Shown here: in pieces, positions 1 through 13,439 of the stretch | Layout: every line of letters begins with the position of its first letter | How positions within the stretch are numbered: the stretch's first letter is position 1 | NCBI RefSeq assembly: GCF_009834535.1 | Contig: NC_045697.1 | Location: 62,126,001-62,190,000 of the forward strand | Reading direction: 5' to 3' | Source of the DNA: Camelus ferus | Taxonomy: Eukaryota | Length of the DNA: 64,000 nt | The notes under the pieces: generated by a model | Seen by the model: only the letters and a program-made list of their open reading frames with translations | Database searches by the model: none | What the model was told of the DNA's origin: nothing | Program-made: the position numbers and the translations under genes

Positions 1-649
1 TTAGCTAAATAAATCACCAGCCCTTTTGCCCCCAAGTCAGATTATCACATTTATTTCTTAGCCCCTGTTGTGTTAATTAGATCAAGAGAAATATCAAAGC
101 ATCAATGCACAGCACTGCCTTGTTTCTCTTCCTATTTTTCCAGGAGTGCACTTGGTCCCTGCATCCTGTGAATCATCACATCCACACCTACTGTGGGCAT
201 TCACCCCACGCCACTCAGCAAAGACATGATGGCCAAAAAAGTCCAGTGTCCTCAAGCCCTTAGTGAACCTGGACAGATTCAGGAGGGACGTCACGTATCC
301 ATTCTCTTGACCATCTGGGCCATCTCAGCCTCAGTCTTACAATGGGCATGTGGGATCTGATCGAGGTTCTTGGACACGATCACCTGTCCCCTGTGCATCA
401 CACTTTACACAAAGTGGCAATTCAGAATCCCCATCAGGACTGCCAGAAAACTATCCAGTCTAATGTATGATCACAAAGGGCCAGGCCCTGGAAGACAAAG
501 ACAAAGGGAACTGCTTGCTGCCACATGGCTCTGCCAACCATGTGGAGGACAGGATGATGGCATGATGCCCAGTAGCTGCTACTGGGTGACCTGATTGAGA
601 GAACCAAGGAAAGAAAGCACGTTCAGGCAAAGCCCACCAGCTTATATTA

Positions 650-1510
650 CTACTGGAAACGCCCATACCCTTTGACTCACTAACTCTATTCTAGGAAATT
701 TATTCTATAGAAATACTTCCCCATAGGCACAAAAGCATATGTAAAAGCATATTGATCACAACAGCATTGGCTTTAGCAAAAAAAAGAATCACAATTTAAA
801 TGTCAAGTAATAGGAAACTAGACATAATATGAAATGCTATCCAAGTATAAACAGACCAGCTAATCCTCATGTAGCACTCATACAACAACATGCCAGGATC
901 TGTTCTAAGTACGTTCCATCTGTTTAACTCTTTTAAAACTCCAAGTATCCTATGAGGGAGGTTACTGTTATTAACCCCACTTGACAGTTGAAGAAACTGA
1001 GGCTCAGAGCAGTTAAGTCTCCTAGGATCCAGGATCTGACAGTTAAGTTCCCAAGATCACTCAGCTAATATATGATGGATCCAGGATTCAGAAGGGAAAC
1101 GGTATGGGTCTAAAGTCCACACTGTTAACAACACATCATATAACACCAAAATGTGAGCACTATCCAAAGTCAGCTCTGTGGCCAGCCCAACAGATGACCA
1201 CCAGCAAGAATGAGTTCAATTTTAATTTCCCAGGACACAGAGATAAATGCAATGTATTGTTAAGTGAAAAAAGCAAATTGCAAAAAAATCTAGACTGTTT
1301 TTTACTTTTAAAAACTCTAGACAGAAATAAATGCATAGATAAAAACATCTGAAAATGCTTACCAGATTGCTAACAGTGGTTACCTCTGGGAGAAAGGACT
1401 AGAAGAGGAGGTGGGGAGGCCAGGGAAACTGTTACAATCTATCTTAGACTCTTCCATTTTATTTGAATTTTATAAACATGGATTCCTTTCGTAACTTTGA
1501 AAAGAAAAAA
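650..1510 (+). mobile_element. Degraded old L1 (L1ME-like) 3' fragments interrupted by a MIR (~860-1110, minus strand)
   Basis: CCCTTTGACTC...CTAGGAAATTTATTC and TAACAGTGGTTACCTCTGGG L1 motifs; MIR core GAAGAAACTGAGGCTCAGAG. Confidence 0.55.
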
Positions 1511-1769
1511 AAAATGAATAAAGAAAAACGAGTTTCCCAGGGAGAGCCCATCAAGAAGCAGACTGGAAAAAGAAAAAAAAGCAGAGCTTGTGAGGAAGGC
1601 CAGTTTAGGGGATCTTCCTTCCAGTACAGAGCTTCTTTCACAAAAAGGCAGAGTCACAAGGGCGCAACTGAAGTACATGGGCCCCAAGCTGAAGTGCTAC
1701 CGATCATGCATACAAGCGGTCATGTATTTGACTCTGGTTCGCTCAGCAGCTGCTGGGCATACAGGACGG

Positions 1770-1960
1770 TGTGCTTTAGTGGCAAGAGCTCTGGGTTTGA
1801 GGTCAGAGGGCCTGGGTTGGAGTCCTAGCTCTACCGCTCACAAGCTGTATGATCTTGGGCCACGCAGCTCTCTGGGCCTTGGTGTCACCTTCTGTAAAAT
1901 GTAGATAATAGTACCCACTGCACAACGTTGTTCTGAGATTCAGCGAGAAGATGTGCCGGT
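1770..1960 (+). mobile_element. MIR SINE
   Basis: GTCAGAGGGCCTGGGTTGGAGTCCTAGCTCTACC...TCTGTAAAATG MIR core. Confidence 0.7.
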
Positions 1961-2474
1961 GTCAAGCTCCGGGCCCGTGATCTCCTAGGCATGCATTTGA
2001 TCCCAGTTAAAGATGACTACGTGGGTGACAAAACAAGGACTAGAACTCAGTCTCCTGACCCCTGATCCAATGTTCTTTCCATTAATCCTCCTGGTCCTAT
2101 TTGCCCAGGTCTTTGGATTGGAAGAGGCAAAATAAGACATGGCCAGCCCAGACCTGGGGCCATGTTCAAAATCCCCTTAGACGTGTGTTCCTCGGGACTT
2201 TAACTTGAGTTTACCTTGAAGATTTTTCTTGAAAGGAGCTACATCACTGGGAACACTATTCTCAAGCTGAGGAGTATGTTTTAGAAAACTCAGTGAGTAA
2301 GAGCGTGCCTTACCAGGGCACCTCATAACCAGGCTTTTTATGGTTGTCCTACTAGGCCGTGCGGCCTCATTGCGTGTATTGACTCTTAGTCTTTCTGTCT
2401 CATTTTCCTCGCCTACAATAAATAATCTCTGCTGCCTTTCTGTTGAGAGGTTAAATGACATGATGGCGATTACT

Positions 2475-4180
2475 GTCTAAGGCAGAGACTGCCGATTGCC
2501 CACTACCTTCCATTCCTACCTCTTCCCTCGGCAATAACACCCAAAGCTCTAGCTAAACACATAGGCCTAGCCAGAGACTCCAGTTCCCAGCTCTCACTGG
2601 CAGCTAGATGTGGCCAAGCAAACAACTTCTTGCCACGGGAAGACAAAGAGAAAGGATATCTGCAATTCTCAGACCACACCTTTTCAATTTAATTTAATTC
2701 TTTTTAGTTTTTATACGTTTATTTGAAGTTAAAACAAGACTTGCACACGTACGTGGCCTTGGCTCCCACAGGTGGACTCAGAGCTCCTTACACCTAAGTT
2801 AAGTGTGCTGATATGCATTCTTCTTCCCCTAGAACACAAGTTTTCACCAGTGCTTCAAGACCCACGTACATATTATTACATATACACACACCACATCTTC
2901 TTTATCCAGTCACCTGTTGATGGACATCTAGGTTGCTTCCACGTCTTGGCTGTTCTAAATACTGCTGCTATGAACATTAGGGTGCATGTATCTTTTTGAA
3001 TTAGAGTTTTCTCCAGATATATGCCCAGGAGTGGGGTTGCTCAATCATATGGTAACTCTATTTTTAGTTTTTTAAGGAATCTCCATACTGTTTTCCATAG
3101 TGGCTGCACCGATTTATATTCCCACCAACAGTGTAGTACGGTTCCTTTTTCTCCACAACGTCTCCAGCATTTATTATTTGTAAACTTTTTAATGATGGCC
3201 ATTCTGAGCAGTGTGAGGTGGTTTCTCATTGTAGTTTTGATTGGCGTTTCTCTAATAATTAGTGATGTGGGCATATCTTCATGTGCCTATTGGCTATCTG
3301 TATGTCTTCTTGGGAGAAATGTCTGTTTAGGTCTTCTGCCCATTTTTGGATTGGGTTGTTTGTTTTTTTGTTATTGAGCTGTATAAGCTGCTTGTATATC
3401 TTGGAAATTAAGCCCTTGTTGGTCACCTTGTTTGCAAATATTTTCTCCCATTCCATAGGTTGTCTTTTCATTTTGTTTATGGTTTCCTTTGCTGTGCAAA
3501 ATCTTATAAATTTGATTAGGTCCCATTTGTTTATTTTTGCTTTTATTTCTATTACCTTGGGAGATTGACACAAGAAAACATTGGTACAATTTATGTCAGA
3601 GACTGTTTTGCCTATGTTCTCTTCTAGGAATTTTATGGTGTCATGTCTTACATTTAAGTCTTCAAGCCATTTTGGGTTTCTTTTTGTGTATGGTGTGAGG
3701 GAGTGTTCTAACTTCATTGATTTACATGCAGCTGTCCAGCTTTCCCAATACCACTTGCTGAAGAGACTATCTTTTCTCCATTGTATATTCTTGCCTCCTT
3801 TGTTGAAGACTAATTAACTGTAGGTGTGTGGGTTTATTTCTGGGCTTTCTAGTCTATTCCATCCATCCATATGTCTGTTTTTGTGCTAATTCCATGCTGT
3901 TTTGTATATTGAGACCACACCTTTAAAAAGGAGCTGTCTGCCCTACTTTCCTCTTCCCTTCCAGCACATTGGAATTTGAACATGGTGGTGGTGGGTCATC
4001 TTTGACCTTAGAGGACAGTGGATGAACAAAAGAGATGATGTCTGGGTCCTGCACAACCTCATGAAGCAAAGCTTCTTACCAGCTCAGATTTCTGTGTGAG
4101 AAAGAAATAACTCTTTTATTTTATTAAAGCCACTGTTATTTTTTTTCCTTTGATATAGCAACTGAACCAATATATTAATT
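2475..4180 (+). mobile_element. MaLR MLT1 (J/K-like) LTR split by the L1 insertion (pieces ~2475-2683 and ~3925-4180)
   Basis: MLT1-like motifs (GCAGCTAGATGTGGCCA...; AAGAAATAA...TTAAAGCCACTGTTATTTT...TAGCAACTGAACC) on either side of the L1 TSD. Confidence 0.6.
2684..3911 (-). mobile_element. 5'-truncated L1 (ORF2 C-terminus) with an atypical 3' segment
   Basis: ORFs 3259-3717(-) and 3041-3274(-) translate to L1 ORF2 C-terminal sequence (EWEKIFAN..., [19 protein letters not shown]); 13-bp TSD AGACCACACCTTT at 2671-2683 and 3912-3924. Confidence 0.95.
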
Positions 4181-4879
4181 ATTGCAACGTCATTGAATAT
4201 ATAAACTGTTATGTCAAGACTTGATATTGTTCTTATTGTTAATTACATCTGCTGTCTTGATTTGACAACTCATGTTGTCACAAAGCAGTCATCGTCTTAT
4301 TCATAGGACCACAATTTCTGCTTCTGCGGGTCTTGAAGGCTGCACAACTAGACTTTCAGATGTTTTGCATTCACATGTGGAAGTTGCTCCTAGCATCCCT
4401 CTGGCACAGTTTCTTCTGTTTCTATACTGAGAGTCCCTAGTAACTTTCTTTCTTGAAAACTGAACTTTCAGTTGAGCATTTGCAAGGTAGGCAAATACCA
4501 GGTCACAGCCCCTGTGATAAGTAGCCTAGCATGTGATGTTTTCCCCAACTTGACTCAGAGCAAGCAGAGAGACCATCACTTTACTTCTAAATAGTCTTCA
4601 ACCAAGCAATTGAAAATGTTACTCAAGGGTTGGGTTGTTTTTTTTTCCTCTTGGTTTTGTTTTATTTAATGCACACACCCACCCACACACACACACAGAT
4701 ATACCTTCCTTGTCCACTTTGGGGAAGGAGTGCAGGGAAAAATAACTAGAAGCCAATTTAATTTAAAGTCTTTTACGTCTCCCATCTCATTTCTCATCAT
4801 ACTATCCTGCACTCTAGGACCAGCCATCCTGAAATATGTGTAGTTTCCAAATTGACATGCTGTCCCACACCTTGGGACT

Positions 4880-5170
4880 TGTACACTTTGCCACCCCCTC
4901 AAGTTGACCTGCTATATCCCTTGCCTTCTCTGGTCTCAGCTTGAACTTCCAACAAGCCTTCTCCGATCCTCCAAGACTGGGTTAAGCAGCCTGCATCACT
5001 CTGACTGCTCTGTATTAGAATCGCCTCTTTACTTGCTGGTATGTCCACCTGGACTATAAGGCATCCGTAAGGTAGGGACTATGTCTTATCCACCTCCATA
5101 TCTGTGCATCTAGTGTGGTGTCTGGCACAAAGTAGACACTGAATAAAAGTTAGCAGAATGAATGAGGGCA
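4880..5170 (+). mobile_element. L2 LINE 3' end
   Basis: GACTATAAG...GGTAGGGACTATGTCTT...GTCTGGCACA.AGTAG...GAATGAATGA terminal motif. Confidence 0.6.
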
Positions 5171-7779
5171 TCATGCCCCCCACAAAGTTCTTAGTATCTC
5201 TTGCTCCACAGAGAGAGCAGGCCCTGGTGAACAAGGTGGCCCACTGACAGGACTGCACTGTGTCTCCTACCACGCCCACGCACGATGCCTCACGGGTACC
5301 CGCAGAGGACTGGCGCCAGGCCTGGAAGCGTTGAGAACAAAATCTTGCCCTGCTGGATGTGATGCTCAGGATCAAAAAAACTTGCCCAACTAGACTGTGT
5401 GATGCTGGATCCACATCTGCCTGTTAGCACATTTAAAAAGGAATTTCTCCCTTTAAAACAAGGTGCATCCCACCTGTTACTCAGTAGTAGTGGAACAGCA
5501 GGGTAGTGGTCCTGTTAGAGAATGACTCTGACATATTTAAGCATCATGCTGTAGTTCTTGCTGACTGCACTGCAACCACTTAGGCATTTTTAATAAGAAC
5601 TGTTTTGGTGGGTGGTGGGTTTGTAAATGTGCTACTCTAATGGCTGTTCATATTAGCTCTGTGTTAAAAGGTCCCAGGTTACGTCTCCATCCAGTCTGGT
5701 GTTTATTTAGTGCTCCGTATTAGAATGAGTAATAAGCCCCTTAGCTCTGTAACAGATCGTTCTTTAAACACCAGACCCATCAGCATGCTGCCCTTCAGTT
5801 CCCGCTAAGCAGAGAAGATTCCCAGGGAGTAACTCCCTGGCCCCACGGGAGTTTGTGAAATGTGCAATTGGAGGTCGATGGCAGTGTAAACAAATCTGAA
5901 AATAGCTCTTGTGAAAAATCTTCTGCTCTGCAGTGTAGGACCTACTTCTGCTATAGCTCATTGAGACCTTCCATAGGTCCTGGGTCCCTCCCACAGAGGC
6001 TAGCGGGATGTAGGAGAAGATGTGGACTTAGCACTTGCAGCTGACTTGGAAACACCAAATTTGGATACAAGTAATTTGTCATGGGCTTTTTTTTTTTTTT
6101 AAATCCCAGGGTATATTTTTCTACACCTCTGAGAAGACAGAAATAGATAAAATACTCTCATCTTTGTTTTATTGCTGGAGAAAGCAAGGCCTAGAGAAAT
6201 CCACAGCCCGACCCATACAGAAGGTGCTACAGTGGTGAGTCAGTAACAGCACTTAGGATTGTGGAGCCTAGAACGTGTCCTGACCACTTGCCCATGTGCC
6301 TGACGAGTGCCCAGGACATAACGCATAGACACACGGTAAGTGTTTATGGAATGAGTGAATGAATTAGTGAAATCAACTAAACCAATGTCTCTCAAATTTG
6401 AGTGATGTAAGAGACCTCTTTTGGAGAAATAATAGCCTCTTGACCCCAGAGATTATCTACAACACCCTAATTTAAATAATATAGTTCATTCTTATTCTTA
6501 GTCTTTCAGTAGCATATTTTCATTGAAAGGAAAACACAGTTTTTTAAAGTTCTCATAGAACTGATAGACCTCAGATAGTACTAGCAAACTTCACTTGGAG
6601 AAAGACTGGACTAGATAGTGAGCCCTTGACGGAGGGCAGGCCTCAGCTGTCCCATATCCTCAGCACCTTGACCCAGTAGCCTTCCTCCCACTGTTTGAGA
6701 GTGATGATGGTGATATGATCATGGCCAGCCCCCAACTCTAAACCAGAAAGGACAGCTCGCAAAGCCAGCGAGTGAGTGGTAAGCACCACAGGAGAGAAGG
6801 ATGCACTGCAGCTAAGCCAGAGCTGAAGTCCAGCTGGGGTTCAGAAAGTTGCCTCAAGGAAGGTGGAATGCGAACTGGGCCTGGGGACGTGAGGAGGACT
6901 TGGTGACACAGAGGGGAAGGAGGAGGGCGCCAGCCATGAGGAAAGGGGAGTCTTTTCCTTTCCTGCTGATTTGCTGCTCTGCCTTTAAATTGGATTTGCT
7001 ACCAAAGCCAGGCCCTCAGGACATGCATCAGAAGTCTGCCCAAATCTCAAAGGACTGGGTGGGTTTTGAGTGATGCTCAACCAGTCAGGACATCCTAGAA
7101 AGAGTATTAAAAATCTGAAGAATCTCTACTCCTTGATGCAGATGGCATCCCAAAGAGCTGGAAGAAAATTGTTTTCTACCACTTTCTGCCTCATTTCTCC
7201 CCACTTCTGAGTATGAAAACTACTTTAGGCCACCCAGATCCTGTTCTCAAAATCTGAAGTTTATCTTCTAGGCTCTGAAACGTCTCTGTCTATTTTCTTA
7301 TACGTTTAAATCCACAGCCCCACACCCCTTCACAGCGGGTTCTTGAGGTCAACCATCCTGTCTTTTTCATCTTGTTCCCAAATCCTACTACCATACCAGA
7401 TCACAGCCAGGTATTCAGTACATGTTTGCTTAAAGAACATTGTTTGGCCAAATAAATGCCCAGAATTCTCCTAAGGACCAATCTCTTCTCTTGCATCAAA
7501 ATTTACTCCTAGCAAAGGAGCTGATCAATCCATCCACATTCAGATCTAGCTAACACCTTAGTATGTTGCCCTGCCCAGTGGCATTTTAAATCCCATGTAA
7601 GTAAGATTTTTTTTTTGTATATTCATAAACAGATCTGGGAGACAGTTCAAGGCAAGAGTGGAGGTGTTTCTTTGTTTCTAAGCAAAAAGGTATATCTTCA
7701 TAAGGCTGACTTTGACACCAGATCTTCTCAAAAAGATGAAGTGAGATTTTGGCATACTTAGAGGAGAGTAAAATTGGTC

Positions 7780-8160
7780 CTGTAATAATAGATATGAGCT
7801 ACAAAGAGCAGCTTTTAAAAGAAAGAAGCTACTGTCTACAGCCTAGCCACACTTATTAAGATGAGATTTAACCAAAGACTATAAAATCTTAAATGGTAGA
7901 TAACAAGGTCAAGCCAAGTTACTATTTTCAGCTTAGAACAGATGACAAGACAGGGGGACATAAGTGGAAATTAAAGGAAAAGGGATTCAGAACAGATCAG
8001 GTTACCAAAAATAATCAATGGCTGAAATGACTTTCTGGGCTCATTCACTTGTGCTGAAAATATTGGGTCATTGAAAAAGTAATGAGATGATATTCTTGGG
8101 AAATGGAATAGTTAAAATGAACGAGTCCAGATGGACCCAAAGACTTTAATCATTCTGAAG
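7780..8160 (+). mobile_element. Ancient CR1-class LINE 3' end
   Basis: Degenerate CR1-like 3' motifs (TATAAAATCTTAAATGG...GACAAGACAGGGGGACATAAGTGGAAATT...CAGATGGACCCAAAG). Confidence 0.45.
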
Positions 8161-8469
8161 AGAAACACTTGCTGGGACACTCTCTCCTAAACCAACTTGA
8201 AATTTCATTCTAGGGAGATAACTAGGTAGAGGGTAAGAGGACTTCACTCTTCACATTCCGTGGGTGTTTGCAGCTCCTTCAAAGTTATAATGGTATTTAA
8301 CATCAAAGGGTCTTTATGAGCAGTGCCTCCTATAGAATCTTAACAAGAAAAACAGGCAAGACAGCCACTAAAGACATGGAGCCTCGGAGTTCATTCTCAG
8401 CCAGGTTCCCAACCTAACTTGAACTCTGTGTTTCCACCTGTCACACATCTTCCAATGCATGATTCCAGG

Positions 8470-8759
8470 ACGAGGACAATTCAGGAGCCGTCTAATCTGC
8501 TGTTGGGCATCTGTGATTGTTAGACAGCGAGAATTGTTTCTGACAGGGTCTGGCCTCCCTAGAGTTTCTGCATTGGGTCTAGTACATCCTTTGTAGCTAC
8601 ACCACACATGTCTACATGGTCACCTAGCAAATATTTAAAGGCAGAGAAAACTTTTTTCTTTTCCAAGCTAAATATCCCCATTTCCTTTATGTGACATATT
8701 TTCCAGACTCTTTGCCCTCCTGACAACCATCCTTGGAAAAACTCCAAATGTTCAGTCAT

Positions 8760-8790
<31 letters not shown>

Positions 8791-9200
8791 TCCTAGAGTG
8801 GAGGCCCAGATGAAGCTGAGCAGTGTGTCAACTACCTTCTTTGATCTATAACACCTACTCTGTTAATACAGCCAATAATATTAGTAGTAGCTACAATTCA
8901 TTGCACCCCACCATGTGCCACATACTGACCTAGCTTCTTTGCATACATTTTTTTTTGTAATCAGAACTACAGCCAACTTTAATATTCCCATTTTAGATGA
9001 AAAAAAATTAAAACTCAGAGAGCAAATAACTTGCTCAAGTTCACAGAACTAGAAAACTAAGCAATGACTCAAATTCAGCTCTGACTCCAATGCTGTCACT
9101 CTCCCTGTCACTGCCTAATTTTTTTTATAATGACTACCTCTCTGCTCTTTCATTAGAATTTGTGGTCAACTACAATTCTCAGACCTCTTTTATCTTCACT
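8470..9200 (-). mobile_element. L3/CR1 fragments (further piece at ~12050-12240), interrupted by a (CA)n repeat and a MIR (~8880-9090)
   Basis: TTTTCCAAGCTAAATATCCCCA...TTCCAGACTC...CTCTGTTAATACAGCC and TGTGGTCAACTA L3-like motifs. Confidence 0.55.
8762..8790 (+). repeat. (CA)n microsatellite
   Basis: About 14 CA units read directly. Confidence 0.95.
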
Positions 9201-9660
9201 TATGTTAAGGATTTGCACCCAGCAGGGAGTAAGTTACTTTGCAAGGTAGTGGCATTCACTGCAAGGCATGCTGGGCCCAGCCTGGGAGGGGTACAGGGCT
9301 GTGTGGGCACAGCTGTGGCCTCAGTATAGGCCATCAATTGTCCAAGCCCTAATCCAAGCAGACCCATAGCCAATGCAGCCCATTTCCAGAGGTCTCAGAA
9401 AGACCTGTGGGGACACCAGAGCAGGCACACAGCTTCAGAGGTATAAAATAGTGACTATGAGACTGTCAAGCCAACCCAAAATCCTGCATGGAATTCTGCC
9501 TCCAACAGGGCCTCAGAGAACAGTATATAAAGCCACAAGGAGAATAAAGCAGGGCTTTGCCCACCTGGCTCAGGCCCCATGATCTAAAGGGGTAAAAAAC
9601 AAGAAAATTTCAAGTATCCAAGAGATCCAAACAGGCCCAAGCTTGTAAAGCCTGACCTCA

Positions 9661-10270
9661 TGTGCAGTAAAGGGTTAACCCAGCAGACTTGGGGGCCCAA
9701 ACTCTGTGCATTCCAGAGGAAGGACTGGCCCTGACTGGCTCCTGATAGGTAACCTGTAGGCTATTGGAATATCCTGCCTGAGAGGCATATCTTGTATCTC
9801 TGGGGCCCAGAGCCATGGCAGATAGTTTATGCTAATAATGTGATACATGGTAAATGCCTATTTTTGTTTGCCTGGGGCCCCGGTTCCAAGACTACCAGTT
9901 TGACCTCTGGGGAGGCTGGAGACTGAGTATCTAAGGTCAGTCACACAACCACTCCGTGCCCACGTGACTGACCCCTCATACAAACCCTGCACACCAAGGC
10001 TCAAGTTAGCAACACCTCATGCGTGTTGTCAGGAAGCATTGCTGGGGAACCACTGGCTGTTCGTGCGACTCCAGTGGGTGAAACCACCTGGAAGCTCATG
10101 CCTGGTTTCTCCTGGACTCTACTTGATACACCTTTTCCTTTGCTGATTTTAATCTTCATCCTTTCACTGTAATGAACCATAACTGTGAAAACAGAAAACA
10201 GCTTTTCTGAGGTCTGTGAGTCCTTCCAGCAAATTGTCAAATCTGAGGGTAATCTTGGGGACCCCACACA
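9661..10270 (+). mobile_element. ERVL-class solo LTR (MER77/MER21 group)
   Basis: Starts TGTGCAGTAAAGGGTTAAC, ends CTTGGGGACCCCACACA; MER21-group 3' motif TTCTGAGGTCTGTGAGTCCTTCCAGCAAATTGTCAAATCTGAGG. Confidence 0.75.
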
Positions 10271-10529
10271 GACATCCCAATGGCAGAATTTGTGAGAGGG
10301 TAGCTGTGACCAGTAGCCTTGTTGGATGGCTTAGAAACCAGCACAAAGACTATTTCCCTCTTTGTGACCATATGGGACTTCTATAGAAGAGTCGTCTTGG
10401 CCCCTCACTGGCAGTGGGGGAGAGCCAGATCCACCTGCAGAAAACAGAGCAGTCATCTGGAGTAATGGGGGTGGACCTAGGACAGAGGCAAATATTCACA
10501 CAGATATCCCTACCCAGATACGTGACTGT

Positions 10530-10720
10530 TTTTTAAATAATTTTATTAGCAGGATCTATGGTTCTAATTGTGAAAGTAATACATATTCATTGTTAAAAAT
10601 CTGGAAAACATAACAAAATACACAAAAAAGAAAAGGATCCATTGGAATCCCACCACCCAGAGGTAAGCATGGCTAATAATGTGATACAGTTCTTTGCAGT
10701 CAATTTCTTTTTCATGAATA
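10530..10720 (-). mobile_element. Old L1 (L1ME-like) 3' terminus
   Basis: AAAGTAATACATATTCATTGT...AATCCCACCACCCAGAG motif. Confidence 0.55.
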
Positions 10721-11759
10721 TGCAGCAGTGTCCCTGATGGGACAGAATCTTAAAAATTTTTTTGTTAGCAAGAAAATCTGCAAGCTAAGAGTTGCCAGCC
10801 AATTCCATGTCTAACAAGTCATCTTGGGACACATTTTTATTCTGAAACAATCACGTGGGCAGTTTCTTTTAGTTTTGCAGATATAAGGCAGAGGCACTCA
10901 CCATCCAGAGGCAAGAATGGCAGTCACAGGACAAAGGCTGTCCATCTCATCCCCTGGTACTAAGGTCAAATGTCACTGGGGAGTAGATGAGTCAGTTTGA
11001 AAGAGCCCAGGAGCTTCCTAGGAGGAAAGGAGTCAAGCCCCTAACTACTTCTTCTGAGGTACACTTGTTTTCAAGCATCTCTGATGAGTACAGCTGGTCT
11101 TATGCAGGCGCCTGGATCACTGAATCGCTGGTGCTGAGGGGAGGTGGTTCCTGTACAGCACCAGGACAACACAGGAGCCTTCGACTGCTGCAACCACTGC
11201 TGGCACCAGAGGCAAGTTTGAGAAGAATGTGCATGAAGGCAAACTAAGAAGTTGAAATATTGGGAGCCCAGGTCATTGTTGGTATAGAACAAAGGAAGGA
11301 AATCTCCTCTCCCCAGCACCATGGGACCCATCCCCTGACCAGCAGTGACAGCATGGCCAGGGAGGACCCAAGGCAGTGGTGGCCAACCGCTTCCACCAGA
11401 CACCAGTGTTTGGAGCAGCAAGTGCAGCCGCAGTTGGCTGGTCAGATTCTCCCGGGCTCTCTCCAAGGTGTGTGGGAGTATCACTGATCCTTAATAAACT
11501 GGGACAGAGGAGCCTTAGGCATACCACAAGAAGGGGTCCTCTGGGAAAGAGAAGGGAGTTTTCATCTTAAGTAGGATGGGGCTTCTCCTCTGTTCACTAG
11601 AGACATGTGACCATATCTTGTACCTCAAACTGACAAAGCAGAAGATCTGAACTACAGAAAGACACAAACCCACATGTGTACCAGAGATTAAACTGCATAG
11701 ATTCCCTCCTCTACTTAACATGACAGACTGAGCATTTTCTAATGACATTAAACATATTT

Positions 11760-11930
11760 GTAAACATAATACTAACAGGTAATGATTTTATGTAGTGCCT
11801 GTGTAGTATTCACATGAGAGGTGGTATTAGTGACCCTATATTCTAAATAAGGAAAGTGAGGCACAGAGAGGTCATGTAATTCGTTAATGCCAGCTAGCAA
11901 ACGGAGAAGCTAGCATTTGAACCCAACTTT
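11760..11930 (-). mobile_element. MIR SINE
   Basis: AGGAAAGTGAGGCACAGAGAGGT...ATTTGAACCCA. Confidence 0.6.
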
Positions 11931-13439
11931 GAAAACACAGGATATTTAATTACTTTCCTATAGTTGTATATTTCATTTTTATGTATTTTTCACTATTATA
12001 CATATGCAGTTATAAACATCCTTGTGCATAAATCTTTGAAAGTCAATGAACAATTTTAACCTAAATGTAGAACTTCACATTTATTGAACTCCATCGCTTT
12101 TAATTTAGATCTGTGAGATCTTCTTGGATCTTGATTCTGCAGTTCTAATTCTCCACTCCCCCCCCAACCCCCGCCACCGTTTGTGTCATTCAGATATAAC
12201 TGAGCTGTTCTCCTCAAATACTTTATCTAACGCTTGACCCGGACAAGATAAGGTCACATGGCTTGGTTCCTGCTTCTCTCATCTCACACTCAGCCTCCCA
12301 GCCCTTCAGCCACAGCCTGCTCCTCCGCTCCCTCAGCTGAAAGCCCTCATTTCATCTGGTGAACACCCAACAGCCCCTCCCTATTCTCAGTGTTGCAGTC
12401 CCAAAATCTCAAGAAAAAAGACTCTGATTGGCCCATTGCCACTCCAGTTTTGTAGCCCGGGTCCAATCATCCAGGGCTGAGATGGAAGATCGGGTGACTT
12501 GATGTGCTTCCCTCAACAGTGGGTGGAGGGAGAAGGGATGGTTAGATTCAGTGACTGCTTCTCTAGTTAAGCACTAGGTAGGGACATTTTTCAATCTTGG
12601 ACAAGCCTTGAAAGAGAAGCACCAGCTGTTCAGAGGTGAAGAATTATTCATTTAAAGCAGTGCTTTACAGGAGACAAACAGTGGCCACCATCCTCAGTGT
12701 TATAGGCCAGAGACAACTTTCTAAGCATTTTTTCCAAGCAGACCTGTTAGCCTGGCAAAATGAAGAAATGGGTCTATAGCTCAAAAGAGAAATTTTCACC
12801 AAGTTAACTACATGGTTGCCATCAGAATTAGTGATCAATAAATGCTGGAGGTTGTGGAGAAGGCAGTGGTAGGTTTTGGCTCTAGGCACATAAACAGATT
12901 CTCAGGGAAGGTGAGGAGGGTGAGAAGGGAGGCAAAGACAGAATGCTGGAACCACAGACATTTAAAGGGTTGGCAAAGGAAGTAAATTTCTGAAGAATAG
13001 AGAAAGGAACAGCCAGAGCAGAAGTCTCAAAAGCAAAATCTAGCCAAGGCAGGATAGATCTGGGAGGAAGGGAGATGGTGCCAGTTCTAGGGAGATCAAA
13101 TAAGAAAGATAAGGATGAATATCTGAGAAATGGAGGGAAGTGTGGGGAAGAACGGTGAAGGGGACTGAGGAACTAAATCAACTAAAAGTCTCCCTATCTC
13201 CGCCAACTAAAGCTTGGTGGTGGGGTAGGTGTCCTGAGAGATGGGGGTATTCAGCAGAGAGGAACTTACCGGGATCCCCTCTTCCCACTATGTGGTTTAC
13301 TTGATGTTTAAAAAGCTGATGGGAACCAGCCAATCTATTCAGTGACTGAGACACAAACAAGAAGGGGGAGGACGAGGGGAATGAGATTTCTGAGGGAAAG
13401 GGACCCCAGAGCACACCTGAAGGAGCCCACAGAGTCAGG

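Noticed and set aside
3021..3817. Cluster of 70-150 aa ORFs as host genes (likewise 31078-31403, 46428-46908, 52822-53508)
   Set aside because: Sense and antisense translations of frameshifted L1 ORF2 remnants; no intact L1.
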